Below, piece by piece: positions 36,772 through 46,700 of a stretch of DNA of 64,000 nucleotides (position 1 is the stretch's first letter; each line of letters opens with the position of its first letter). The stretch covers positions 32,001 through 96,000 of the forward strand of contig JBCCYL010000008.1 of NCBI GenBank assembly GCA_039189765.1. The letters are read 5' to 3'. The notes beneath the pieces were generated by a model, which was given only the letters and a program-made list of their open reading frames with translations, was not told the origin of the DNA and searched no databases. This stretch comes from Cyanobacteria bacterium P01_F01_bin.150 (GTDB lineage Bacteria; Cyanobacteriota; Cyanobacteriia; CAKZMO01). The translations under genes and the position numbers were made by a program.

Positions 36772-37179
36772 TTATTCTTCGTCTTCATCTTCACTACCAA
36801 GCTGTTTAAGATGAATATGCTTTCGTCCCAAAGAAATAATAAATTCATCTCCTGGTTTGAGATCCATTTTTTTAGTGTAGGCGGAGCCAATCAGCAAATT
36901 GCCATTTGATTGGACTGTAATCCGATAGCTAGCATTACGGCCACCACGTCCATTTCCAGTATTACGGCTATCGAGTTGAATATCTTCCGCATCAAGCAGC
37001 GCATTCATATACTTCATAAGATTAACGCGCTCAACACCGCTCTTAGTGACTGTAAAGTAGCCACAAGCTTTTGCCTTTTCTTCCTTCGTTAAGTCACCCA
37101 GCTCCTTGATCTTGTCTAGCAGCTCCTGACCTACCAGTTGCTCTATTTTTTTTGCTTTTGTTGCTTTCTTTCTTGCCAT
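36772..37179 (-). CDS. Cyanobacterial AbrB-like regulator (cyAbrB, probably clade B)
   Basis: AKACGY, GRNASYRITVQSNGNLLIGSAYT, LGRKHIHL; divergent from an Rrf2 gene as recalled for sll0822/slr0846. Confidence 0.9.
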   Translation of the reverse strand: MARKKATKAKKIEQLVGQELLDKIKELGDLTKEEKAKACGYFTVTKSGVERVNLMKYMNALLDAEDIQLDSRNTGNGRGGRNASYRITVQSNGNLLIGSAYTKKMDLKPGDEFIISLGRKHIHLKQLGSEDEDEE

Positions 37180-37219
37180 TAAACGTAATGCCTAGAATAC
37201 TCTACAGAATACTTGTACA

Positions 37220-37380
37220 GGGTATCAACTTTAAAAGGTGAGTCCACATCACTCGTAGTATCTTTAATTTCGTTTTACATCATACCGAATCCGGATTCCA
37301 ACTTAAGGCGGAACAAGCTTGTAGAAAATTGGGACGTATCCCAATTTTCTACCTTAAGTTAATACTCCATAACGAATCCC
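37220..37380 (+). mobile_element. Nested pair of ~75-bp elements (inner copy 37293-37367 on the minus strand)
   Basis: Outer flanks cTTGTACA / tTTGTACA; inner flanks CATACCGAATCC / CATAACGAATCC. Confidence 0.8.
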
Positions 37381-37811
37381 TTTGTACAAGAGACAAAGAT
37401 AAATACTACTTTGATCATTAGGATGATCATACATAACAAGTTTAATCATCTTACACTAATCAGACTCGATTTTTCATCGAAGTTCATATTATATTTCTTG
37501 GATTTTGATTTGTGTTTTGAGACTCTGTTGCAGCATTCAGAATGCGCTAAATTCATCGCTGTAGAATTTTTAACCTCTCTAGATTTATTTCTTTTTTATA
37601 ATCGACAGACCGTATGAGAAGTTATTACTAACCCGATTTGTTCTCTTTGCTGAGTTTTCTATCAAAAGACTTACATCCCATACATACCAATGAATTAAAG
37701 ACCTTGAAACTATATTGTAAAAGATGCAGCTTAGCTAGAATAAGCCCTTAATCTAGCTAAATTAGCCATGGTCACACCCCATTGAATCCATAGCTGTGAA
37801 ATTATGTAAAT

Positions 37812-37892
37812 AATTTGTATTTTAAGGCAAGATATTGGGGTTCAGAGCGCTCCGCTATTTTCCTCAATTCTTCTCGCCCTGAGTTTTAAGTC
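37812..37892 (+). mobile_element. 81-bp repeat, subtype 2
   Basis: TTGTATTTTAAGGC..GGGG..AATTCTTCTC..TTTTAAGTC; flanks aTGTAAAT / gTGTAAAT; 35 bp upstream of the Rrf2 ATG. Confidence 0.7.
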
Positions 37893-37927
37893 GTGTAAAT
37901 ACTATAAATATAGAATTAGCTCTACCC

Positions 37928-38371
37928 ATGAAACTTACCACTCGTGGCTACTATAGTGTAAAAGCCCTGCTAGATTTAAGTCTGCAGCCTGATGGTAGTC
38001 CATCCTCAGTGAAAGCGATTGCAAAACGCCAAAATTTGCCTGCACCCTATTTGGAGAAATTGCTGATTAAACTGAGACAGGCTGATATTGTTGTCTCCAT
38101 TCGAGGTGCGCATGGAGGATATAAATTAGCGCGATCGCCTCATCAGATTTCTTTTGGTCAAATTTTAGAGGCTGTCGGTGAAACGATAAAACCACTCCCA
38201 GTTTCTTCGCTGCTTGAAACAAATGCAGAAGATTGGGTGACAAAAATGGTTTGGCAGCGACTCAATCAAAAAATGAAATCGGCAATGTATGAGATTTCTT
38301 TAGAAGATTTATATTACGATGCTAGAAGCTGGCAAGCAGCCCAGGGAGAAGCAACGAGTTTTATCGTTTAA
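37928..38371 (+). CDS. Rrf2-family transcriptional regulator (no cysteines, Slr0846-like)
   Basis: MKLTTRG, YLEKLL..LR, SIRGAHGGYKLA; lacks Fe-S cysteines. Confidence 0.9.
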   Translation: MKLTTRGYYSVKALLDLSLQPDGSPSSVKAIAKRQNLPAPYLEKLLIKLRQADIVVSIRGAHGGYKLARSPHQISFGQILEAVGETIKPLPVSSLLETNAEDWVTKMVWQRLNQKMKSAMYEISLEDLYYDARSWQAAQGEATSFIV

Positions 38372-38400
38372 AGTCACACATTAAACAGATAACTCATAGA

Positions 38401-38769
38401 TTAAAGGGGCAGATTAATCTGACGACTCGTCTCACTAAATGCCCGAAAATGTTGAGCCTGTTGTTCAATGCGTGTGGCAAGGCGATCGCAGACTAAACCA
38501 CATAGTTCAAAACTTAATTCATCTTCTACTCGATAGTAGGCCGACGTTCCTTCAGTCCTACGCTGTACGATACCGGCTTGAAGCATTACTTTAAGATGCT
38601 TAGACACATTTGCCTGGCTGGTTTCCGTTTCAGAAACCAGGTCTTGAACACACTTTTCCTGATCCCTTAGAAGATGCAAAAGGCGAAGACGCATAGGTTC
38701 TCCCAACACACTAAAATATTCAGCAAGCTGTTGTACGACTTCCGGAGAAACTGATGGGGTAGACTCCAT
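38401..38769 (-). CDS. ArsR/SmtB-family transcriptional regulator
   Basis: F..LGEPMRLRLL, SQANVSKHLKV, YYR; ATG 38769. Confidence 0.9.
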   Translation of the reverse strand: MESTPSVSPEVVQQLAEYFSVLGEPMRLRLLHLLRDQEKCVQDLVSETETSQANVSKHLKVMLQAGIVQRRTEGTSAYYRVEDELSFELCGLVCDRLATRIEQQAQHFRAFSETSRQINLPL

Positions 38770-39102
38770 ATAGATGCTCTTGTAAACGAAAACAAAAGTA
38801 TAGTGGCTTGGCATGCAAGAAAAACGTGGGGGCTATCATATTTGACGAATCATTTAAGATAGACAAGGTCTAGCATGATTGCGAGGCATTGATGAACACC
38901 CCATAATAACGACTTAAAAGCTAAGCCAGCACAAGCCGCAATGATTTATGTATAACAATAGAGTTATATGTGGTCAAATGCACAGGGAGGCACACCCCTA
39001 ACATTGCGATTTGCTACGGTTATGACCTTTGATTTCTCTTTTTACAGTTCATCAGCACTAAACTAAGGGAGACTCATTTTTAAGCGTTCATAAGAATTAG
39101 GC

Positions 39103-39576
39103 ATGGTTCAATATACACTCGCCCAATGTCCAGAAGTCACTCTCTCTATTACCGGTAAAGATTCCAAAAAAGCCCGTGAAAAAGCCTTAGATCAGCTTAT
39201 TGAGCTGATGGATGCGGGCCAATTGCCCGTAGATCTGTCGGAAGGCTTTGGCCCCCAGCAACTGATTGAAGTCAAGTCGCAGGAACTAACGGTGGTAGAT
39301 GAAGAAGCGGCTGTCGTAGAAGCCGTACAAGTTCTAAATAACTTAGCAACATTAAAGCTTAAGGCCCAAAACCTACGAAATGGAGCGTTAGAGGTGCGAT
39401 CGCTGGTCGATTTGTTATTTACAGATGAACCGATTACTGAAGAGCAAATTGATCAGCTCAAAAAAGGATTTAAGGTGCTTAAGGACTTTGCCCAGGCTAA
39501 CCTTCGCTATCGGGCCGGTCGAAGTGAGGCAGAAGAGGCCCGTACAATCTTGGATGCAGCCCTAAAGAATGATTAG
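39103..39576 (+). CDS. Hypothetical protein
   Basis: 157-aa ORF with helical composition, 38 bp before the DUF790 gene. Confidence 0.7.
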   Translation: MVQYTLAQCPEVTLSITGKDSKKAREKALDQLIELMDAGQLPVDLSEGFGPQQLIEVKSQELTVVDEEAAVVEAVQVLNNLATLKLKAQNLRNGALEVRSLVDLLFTDEPITEEQIDQLKKGFKVLKDFAQANLRYRAGRSEAEEARTILDAALKND

Positions 39577-39614
39577 AAAGACAGCTAAATAGCGTTTTAA
39601 CATAAGGAGAGATA

Positions 39615-40838
39615 ATGTTACCGTCTGACCTATTGGTCAACCGATTTTCAGGCGAAGAAATTGTGCCCAAGCGATCACCCCTCAATGATCAAACCTTGGC
39701 GATCGCGCAAGAAGTGATCGATATCTTCCAAGCACATCACCACTGTAAGCAGGGATTACTGAATCGACAGTTAAAAGAGCTAGAGGGTGAGCAAACGAAT
39801 TATCGCTTTAAACGAGGACTAGCTCACCTGCTTAAAAATAAGCGCTACAGCACGTTTGAAGTCGTTAGCCCCCTACCACCTCAGGAGTTACGGAAAAAAG
39901 TTTTTGCGATCGCGTCCAAAGCGGTACCACTACCAACGACAGCGCCTCAGACCTTACAAAAAGTGGCCGATGAGCTGAGTCAGGAACTTGACGATACGGT
40001 TTTATTAGAACAAGTCCGACAAGGGCTCTACGCGGATTTATCTGAGAATCACATCCTAACGGAGTTTGAAACACCCACATCGGAGGCGCTTTTACACCTC
40101 TATAATCTTTCCCAAGTCCAGGGAATCTTTTATAAGGCTAGCCATATTACGATTACAGCCCATCGAAACGATCCGGGAGAATATAAGTTACTCTTTCGCT
40201 ACCTAAAGCTCTTTGGCTTAATGGCCTATATTGAAGGCGACGCCGACCATGGCTTTACCATCACCATTGATGGCCCTACCAGCTTGTTCAAACCCAGCAC
40301 TCGCTATGGATTAGACATTGCTAAATTGATTCCTGCCCTCCTCCATGTGACAAAATGGAGTTTGAGAGCAGAGCTAAAAGTCCCAGATAAGTATAGCGAT
40401 CAGCCAAAAAATCGATATTTTAATCTGAATTCGACCTGTGGTTTGGTGAGCCATTATCCCCCAGGAAAACCCTATGACAGCATGTTAGAGTCGTCCTTTG
40501 TGGAACGATGGCAAAAGCAAAAAACGGAGTGGATGCTGGAACGGGAGGTCGATCTCATTCCCATTCCTGGCAGCGTGATGATTCCTGATTTTCGCCTTGT
40601 TCACCCCGACGGTCGCACTTATTTATTAGAAATTGTGGGCTACTGGCGACCCGAGTATTTACGTAAAAAGTTTTATCAGGTTCGTCAATCTGAACGAACT
40701 GACCTGATTCTAGCCATTTCAGAACGGCTAAATCTAGAAAAGGCAGGGGTTAACTTTGACGACACTCCAGCCAAATTAGTGTGGTTTAAAGACAAACTTC
40801 TACCGAAATCGGTCCTAAAACTATTGGAATCCCAGTAA
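39615..40838 (+). CDS. DUF790 family protein (Bax1-like predicted nuclease)
   Basis: LYADL, YNLSQVQG, IDGP.SLF..STRYG, YDS.LE..F, IPDF, LEIVGYW.PEYL. Confidence 0.88.
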   Translation: MLPSDLLVNRFSGEEIVPKRSPLNDQTLAIAQEVIDIFQAHHHCKQGLLNRQLKELEGEQTNYRFKRGLAHLLKNKRYSTFEVVSPLPPQELRKKVFAIASKAVPLPTTAPQTLQKVADELSQELDDTVLLEQVRQGLYADLSENHILTEFETPTSEALLHLYNLSQVQGIFYKASHITITAHRNDPGEYKLLFRYLKLFGLMAYIEGDADHGFTITIDGPTSLFKPSTRYGLDIAKLIPALLHVTKWSLRAELKVPDKYSDQPKNRYFNLNSTCGLVSHYPPGKPYDSMLESSFVERWQKQKTEWMLEREVDLIPIPGSVMIPDFRLVHPDGRTYLLEIVGYWRPEYLRKKFYQVRQSERTDLILAISERLNLEKAGVNFDDTPAKLVWFKDKLLPKSVLKLLESQ

Positions 40839-40856
40839 TTTTTTCAAATATACCTT

Positions 40857-41474
40857 TTACTTGGCGGAGAGGCGATCGCTTACTCGCCTTAGCACACCGT
40901 TGATAAATCGATGGCCATCGTGTTCGCTGTAGCGTTTCGCTAATTCCACCGCCTCATTAATCGCCACCTTCGGATCGAGTTCTAGATATTTCATCTCAGT
41001 CACTGCAATCCGCAGGATATCCTGATCAATACGGGCCAAACGACCCATCGTCCAATCCACCATAGAGTCATTGAGGTACTGATCAATTTCTTGGCGCTTC
41101 TTCAGCATATCAGTCAAAATATATAGGGTATATTCGCGGACATCCTTCAAATTAGCCCCTTGTAAAAGTTCTGGAATTTCCACCGAATTGCCCAAGCGAT
41201 TGATGGCCGATTGAGTGGCCTCAATTGCTTCTACGACCATCGCTTTAGCCGTAATTAAATCAGAGGAACGAGTTTCACTGGATAGCAACAAACTATTGCC
41301 CCGTTCTAATTCAGAGGAGGCGACCTCCAAGGTGTCTCGGATTTCTCCCGAAAGAGTACGGACCGCAGCAACAACTAAATCCTTCAGTTCCTGCTGTTCC
41401 AATTTCTGAAGATTACTAGGTACTTGACTCGCACTCAGCAAAGCCAGCTCACGAGAAATTCGACGGGGTTGCAT
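40857..41474 (-). CDS. nusB: Transcription antitermination factor NusB
   Basis: RRISRELAL, RLARIDQDILR, VAINEAVELAKRY, FINGVLR. Confidence 0.95.
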   Translation of the reverse strand: MQPRRISRELALLSASQVPSNLQKLEQQELKDLVVAAVRTLSGEIRDTLEVASSELERGNSLLLSSETRSSDLITAKAMVVEAIEATQSAINRLGNSVEIPELLQGANLKDVREYTLYILTDMLKKRQEIDQYLNDSMVDWTMGRLARIDQDILRIAVTEMKYLELDPKVAINEAVELAKRYSEHDGHRFINGVLRRVSDRLSAK

Positions 41475-41525
41475 AATAACTAAGCCTAAAACTTTACGGT
41501 ATCAGACCATCACAAGAGACTCCAT

Positions 41526-42491
41526 CTAAACCCCCCTAGTGAGTCCAGATTGCTCTAAGTCTGACAACTTATTGACAGCTAAACGATTCGGCAGAGTCGA
41601 TTCTACAGCTTTTTGTGGTTCCGTAGTTAAATTAACGGCCTCTCTTTGGGACAGCCGCTCTAGGTCGTCGGCGTCGGAGGAAGTGACTTTCGCTGCCGTA
41701 GAGACCTTTTCATTCGGTTGCTCCAATCTATCGTTGGCAGTGGATTTTTGACCTAGCGTTTTTTCAACATCGCCCTTGGGTAACTGAACATCGGGGGGAA
41801 GCGCACTGACATTGGGGGCCATCAAATTAGCTCCAACAATTCCTCCCGAAATCAACACTTTGAAGGCATCCTCAATGGGAATCGACAGATTAATCACATC
41901 TGATTCTGGCACGATCGCATACCAGCCGCTGGTAGGATTGGGCGTCGTCGGAATAATTACGCTCAGCATGGGACCTGTCACTTGGCCACTCAAGGTCGCA
42001 TTAACCGTGCCCGTGACAAATGCCATAGCCCAAATTCCCCGCCGTGGATATTCCACCAACACAACTCGGCTAAATTTTGTATTGGAATCCCCCAGGATTG
42101 TCTCTAAAATTTGCTTCAGCGTTTTATAGACTGAACCCGCTAGTGGAATAGCTTGTAGCAGCCGTTCACCGACGTCTAATAGCCAACGTCCCGCAATATT
42201 ACGAGCCATTAGCCCAATAAATAGAATGAAAGCAAGGGGTACAGCAAAACCAACAATTAAATTACTTATAGAAATGAGGAAGGGATTTAAATCATTAAAT
42301 GGATTCAGTTGCTTGGGAATCCGGGTCAAAAAGTCAATCACCCAACTGGCAATAGTGAACGTCAACCAGATCGTTGTCGCCAGAGGAATAATGACCAGTA
42401 ACCCTGCAATCAGATCATTCTTTAGATCCTGCTTAAGCCTTTGAAGCACAGATAGCTTAATCTCCTTTAGATTGACCATGTCCACTCGCAT
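41526..42491 (-). CDS. DUF502 membrane protein
   Basis: AGLLVIIPL, IPLAGSVYKT.KQ, VEYPRRG, PTTPNPTSG; upstream of nusB. Confidence 0.9.
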   Translation of the reverse strand: MRVDMVNLKEIKLSVLQRLKQDLKNDLIAGLLVIIPLATTIWLTFTIASWVIDFLTRIPKQLNPFNDLNPFLISISNLIVGFAVPLAFILFIGLMARNIAGRWLLDVGERLLQAIPLAGSVYKTLKQILETILGDSNTKFSRVVLVEYPRRGIWAMAFVTGTVNATLSGQVTGPMLSVIIPTTPNPTSGWYAIVPESDVINLSIPIEDAFKVLISGGIVGANLMAPNVSALPPDVQLPKGDVEKTLGQKSTANDRLEQPNEKVSTAAKVTSSDADDLERLSQREAVNLTTEPQKAVESTLPNRLAVNKLSDLEQSGLTRGV

Positions 42492-42644
42492 TAAACAACT
42501 GACGCCTGCCGTGGACCAAAACTAGAGCCCATGTCAATACACTGCTCATGCCTGGTGCCCAAGCCTTATGATGGCACTCTTCGTTTTATTCTAATGACTT
42601 ATGGGGTGCAAAGGCAGGTTTCTATGATATTTCCTCGATTAGAC

Positions 42645-42696
42645 GGGTATCAATTTTAGGCGTTAGTGGGGGTGCGTCGCGCCCCCACTAACGTTA
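42645..42696 (+). mobile_element. Truncated subtype-1 element
   Basis: GGGTATCAATTTTAGG plus stem CGTTAGTGGGGG/CCCCCACTAACG; TTAGAC on both sides; right TIR missing. Confidence 0.7.
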
Positions 42697-43080
42697 ATTT
42701 AGACAGCCATCATAGCTTTATAGAAAAATGAGGCATCAATGTTAGGTGACGAACATGGACACATTGCACTCACACCACCGTTCATCTTGGTTCGCCTTAC
42801 AACAATCCCCGAGAAATTGTTCTTTGAAAAAAGACAAAAGTGGTAATATTGAACTATAACAGTCGTAGATAGCGGTAGAATAGGCATGCTCAACAAACTT
42901 TCTGGGCAAAGCATCTAGCCCCTTGGCCAGTAAAGATTTCACACAGAAAGTCGAAAGAAAATCTAGTGGAAAGCCGTGAAGATGGCGATAGCCTTGCAGA
43001 ATAGAGTTCAAGCCGTCTTATCAGTCTTGTATTCAATACATGTAAACCAACAATCAAACAACAACCAGGAGGCTATAGAG

Positions 43081-43437
43081 ATGGGGATCAATACCGTACA
43101 GCTAGTGGGTCGAGCCGGAACCGATCCGGACGTTCGCTTTTTTGAATCCGGAAGTGTTGTGTGCAATTTTAACCTTGCCGTCAATCGCCGTAAGCGAGAT
43201 AGTCCTCCTGATTGGTTCAGGCTAGAGTTCTGGGGTCGTCAAGCAGAAGTGGCCAAAGATTACGTTCGCAAAGGCAGCCTGATTGGCATTACTGGCTCTC
43301 TAAAAATCGACACGTGGCAAGATCGTAATACTGGAGCACAACGATTTTCTCCAGTGATTCGGGTCGATCGTCTTGATTTACTCGGATCCAAGCGAGATAT
43401 CGAGCAGCCAATGGCCAGCAGCTACGAAGAATTCTAG
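43081..43437 (+). CDS. ssb: Single-stranded DNA-binding protein
   Basis: N.V.LVGR.G.DP, LAV.R, W..QAE..YVRKGSLIGI.G; acidic C-terminus YEEF. Confidence 0.95.
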   Translation: MGINTVQLVGRAGTDPDVRFFESGSVVCNFNLAVNRRKRDSPPDWFRLEFWGRQAEVAKDYVRKGSLIGITGSLKIDTWQDRNTGAQRFSPVIRVDRLDLLGSKRDIEQPMASSYEEF

Positions 43438-43438
43438 A

Positions 43439-44497
43439 TTACTCCTCAGGCAGCATCTGAATTCGAATGGTTTTCGATAGCTCACTGTTAGCTTCACCAA
43501 GCTGGATCTGAAGAATTTCACCAGACAGCGGCGTTAGCGCATCAAGCATTGATCGGATGTGGGGCGTGCTTGCGCCGCTGTCTAAGTACACTCGTTCAGA
43601 TAGCTTGTTAATGCGCTTCCAAGATGTGTAGACTTTGGCGATCGCCTGTTCTAACTGGGATGCTTGATTCACCATTTCCGCCGTAGAATTCAACGCTCCA
43701 ATTCGTAAAGCTTCTTCCAGCGCCAACTCCAAATCTAAACTTTTGTCCGCTTGAAGCGCCTGTACTTCTGTCGCTGCTTGCAGGTATTTTGCCAAGTACT
43801 TCGCTTCGGACGTAGCCTGTTTGACGCCATCAATGGAAGGTTCAGCGGCCACTTCCTGACGAATCGTTTCTTGATGGACTTCTGGTAGCTTCTCTAGCTC
43901 TTTTACTAGAGGAGCCACATACTTCGTTGGAATGGTATTATCCGCCGCCTTTTCTTTTACTTCCTCAGGCAGAAGATCGGATGACATGGCGGTCCACTCA
44001 TCCGATAGCTGACGCACTTCGCGACGCGTAATGCGATCGCCCTGGTGGGCTGCATCACTCACTAATTGTTGGACCTCAGGCGGCGACTGGGCCGTTTCGA
44101 CAAATGCTTTTTTGCTAAAACGGTTGACGTCATCGGGTTCTAACATTCCTTCCTGGAGCAAAACATCAGCACTGTCTGCCAGCTCCATTAGTTGATAGGC
44201 CTGACTTTTACTAATTTCTCGCTCACTCAGCCAGTTGAGGAATCCACCGCCTCGACTATCACCCTGGGCTTTCTCGCGATCGCGCACCGCCTTTAAAATT
44301 CGCCCACGCCAAATATCCGTTTGTAAGTCAAAGCGATCGCACACTTGCCATGCTTGATTGACCTGAGTCTGAAAATCGATCTCCGTAATCTGATCATCTT
44401 CAGGATCTGGAAGTTGAAACTGTAAATCTCCAGTCGAAGAAATTTCATGAATCGCCGAGTTATGGGGGTCTCGTAGAGTATCAGCGGCTTGAACCAT
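43439..44497 (-). CDS. Conserved cyanobacterial hypothetical protein
   Basis: 352-aa ORF with FDLQTDIWRGRIL and GFLNWL..REISKSQAY; its stop codon is 1 bp from the ssb stop. Confidence 0.75.
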   Translation of the reverse strand: MVQAADTLRDPHNSAIHEISSTGDLQFQLPDPEDDQITEIDFQTQVNQAWQVCDRFDLQTDIWRGRILKAVRDREKAQGDSRGGGFLNWLSEREISKSQAYQLMELADSADVLLQEGMLEPDDVNRFSKKAFVETAQSPPEVQQLVSDAAHQGDRITRREVRQLSDEWTAMSSDLLPEEVKEKAADNTIPTKYVAPLVKELEKLPEVHQETIRQEVAAEPSIDGVKQATSEAKYLAKYLQAATEVQALQADKSLDLELALEEALRIGALNSTAEMVNQASQLEQAIAKVYTSWKRINKLSERVYLDSGASTPHIRSMLDALTPLSGEILQIQLGEANSELSKTIRIQMLPEE

Positions 44498-44661
44498 ATT
44501 TTTGTTATCCGGTGGCCAAAATAATGGGCAGAGTATTAAATACTAATGTTCTGAGAACTATCAGCCGCCATATTATGCCATGCCTCTCTTCACTTTAAGA
44601 GATTGTTAGGGATTATCTCAATTTGGAGGGCGATCGCCTTCAGGGCTGAATCATTAACGTC

Positions 44662-45462
44662 TTACCAGCCTTCCCTCGTTAAGTCTTTGAGATGCTCTAA
44701 ACGTTCAATTGTTAGTCGCGTCTGACATCTTAATTCCAAGGCATCTCTGCGAGCCATGCCTTCATAGGTACGCCCATCGTCCAGTTCATCAATGTCGGGA
44801 AAATAGGGATTAGCCATTACCTGTGTAGCTTCAAACTCACAGTGAGCTTCTCTATAAGAGAGCCACAGCAATTGAGCAGTATTGTAGCGTGGTGCGTTGT
44901 CTCGATCCCCCCAACGACTATATTCACGCCAATGAGCATCTCTTTTATTCCAATCAGTATCAGGGTCCGGCTGTAATTCCATATCTAGCTCCTGTAAGCG
45001 TTGAAACGCTACGTCAGGGTCTAGCGTCACGTCCCCCCAAAACTGTAGTGCAGCGATTCGTTCATTAGTTAACGATGCCCGACAGTTGCCCCAGAGCATA
45101 GGGTAAGCTGAACCACCTAGGACTTGCTGAGCAACCAAATCACAATGTTCATCCCGAAACCTATTCCATACTTGATGGATACTCTCTAGCTCTGATTGTT
45201 GAGTCTCTAGAAGAGAAACGTTTATCTCGTCATACACTAACTCATGAAGATGCTCAGATACCTGCAACCAGCGACCGATACAGCGATTTAAGGGCTGTTG
45301 GGCAAAATCGCCACAGTAAGGCTGAGCAACGCCCGGAATCGAATCGTTTGTCAACCCTGAAGCAGGTACGCCCAGCGCAGGCAACGCCCAACCAGCAACA
45401 CTGATAAGGCTTAAAATAGGCATTGACATCATCAAACATCGAAGCATCATCGTTGACATCAC
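44662..45462 (-). CDS. LprI / DUF1311-like exported protein (two repeats)
   Basis: Signal peptide; two Q..W..(F/Y)R..HC ... C...LT.ER...L motifs. Confidence 0.7.
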   Translation of the reverse strand: MMSTMMLRCLMMSMPILSLISVAGWALPALGVPASGLTNDSIPGVAQPYCGDFAQQPLNRCIGRWLQVSEHLHELVYDEINVSLLETQQSELESIHQVWNRFRDEHCDLVAQQVLGGSAYPMLWGNCRASLTNERIAALQFWGDVTLDPDVAFQRLQELDMELQPDPDTDWNKRDAHWREYSRWGDRDNAPRYNTAQLLWLSYREAHCEFEATQVMANPYFPDIDELDDGRTYEGMARRDALELRCQTRLTIERLEHLKDLTREGW

Positions 45463-45503
45463 CTTTTATTTAGCTCAAGTGGGTCTCTAATGGATTCAGA
45501 CCT

Positions 45504-46664
45504 TCATAGCACGTATCCCTGAGGTTTCATGGACCAGTGATCAAGAAGGAGGTATAGCTGCTCACGGGGGGTTGGATTAGCAGGACGCCCCTGAGTCTCA
45601 TCTGGAAAACGGTCTAATTGACCATCTAGATACAAGTCAGTGGCAGCCACTAACAATCTGCGAAATTGGGGACGAGCATCATCAATTGCACGGAGATTAT
45701 ATCGAGATGAAGCAGAGGGCGATTGACCCAGCTTCTGCATAAGTTTGTCGTTTAACGGAAATTGCAGTCGTAAATAATTGGATTGTGAGGTCGACCCGGT
45801 ATTGGCAAAACGCGGGGAACGGGACATCAATTGTTCAGTAATATAGCGATGAATATCGTTGGGCGCATCCATCAAAACATCCGCAATTCTGGGTGCCCAC
45901 TGACTCAGTCCCCAACCCCTGACTTGTTGCCAAAGCAGCGGCTGAGCTGGGTCGCCTGTACCAATAGATAATACTTTAATCTGACTTAAGCACGCCGACA
46001 CCAACTTAGACGGTAGCCGTTTTGACAAAAGCTTAGCTCCTGCTACCACTGCACAAGAGGTCGGATTATTTGCGCATACGCCTCCATCCACTAAGGAATA
46101 TTCCTGGTTAAGACCATAGGATTTCGGATCAATACGGTGAGCGGGAAAATAAGTGGGTGCAGACGCAGAGCTAATACACGCATCTGCTAACGACAACGTC
46201 TTATACCATTTATGACGGTACCAACTTTTAAAGATGACAGGTCTGCGCCGAACCGTATCGTAGCTAGTAATCAAAACATGCAATCCGTAGGGAGAAGTAG
46301 GCGTGATATCGCCCAGTGTCAAATTCCCTAAATGTCCTGAGATAACCTTTACCAGCCCCTGATCGGAAAATTTTGGAGCTGAAATGCCATGTTTCAACAT
46401 AAGCGGAATGCGCCCAAGCGCCCAATAGTTCCGATAGGGAAAAATATCTTTGCCCTCTTTCTCATAGATATTAAAGATTTCTGAAGCGGACAAACCAGCA
46501 GCGATCGCTCCTGCAATTATCGCCCCTGTTGATGTTCCCGCGATTAAATCGAAGTGGTCTCTCAGAGGACCGCCCCCTAAGCGTTCCTCGACCTGCTTCA
46601 AAATATGGGCAGAGACGATCCCCCGCATTCCGCCACCATCTAAACTCAGAATGCGAAATACCAT
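45504..46664 (-). CDS. Patatin-like phospholipase
   Basis: LSLDGGGMRG, GTSTG, SASAPTYFP, DGGVCANNP, LSIGTG. Confidence 0.92.
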   Translation of the reverse strand: MVFRILSLDGGGMRGIVSAHILKQVEERLGGGPLRDHFDLIAGTSTGAIIAGAIAAGLSASEIFNIYEKEGKDIFPYRNYWALGRIPLMLKHGISAPKFSDQGLVKVISGHLGNLTLGDITPTSPYGLHVLITSYDTVRRRPVIFKSWYRHKWYKTLSLADACISSASAPTYFPAHRIDPKSYGLNQEYSLVDGGVCANNPTSCAVVAGAKLLSKRLPSKLVSACLSQIKVLSIGTGDPAQPLLWQQVRGWGLSQWAPRIADVLMDAPNDIHRYITEQLMSRSPRFANTGSTSQSNYLRLQFPLNDKLMQKLGQSPSASSRYNLRAIDDARPQFRRLLVAATDLYLDGQLDRFPDETQGRPANPTPREQLYLLLDHWSMKPQGYVL

Positions 46665-46700
46665 GATGTACCCCCTAATCGATAGCCGTCGTTGATATCC

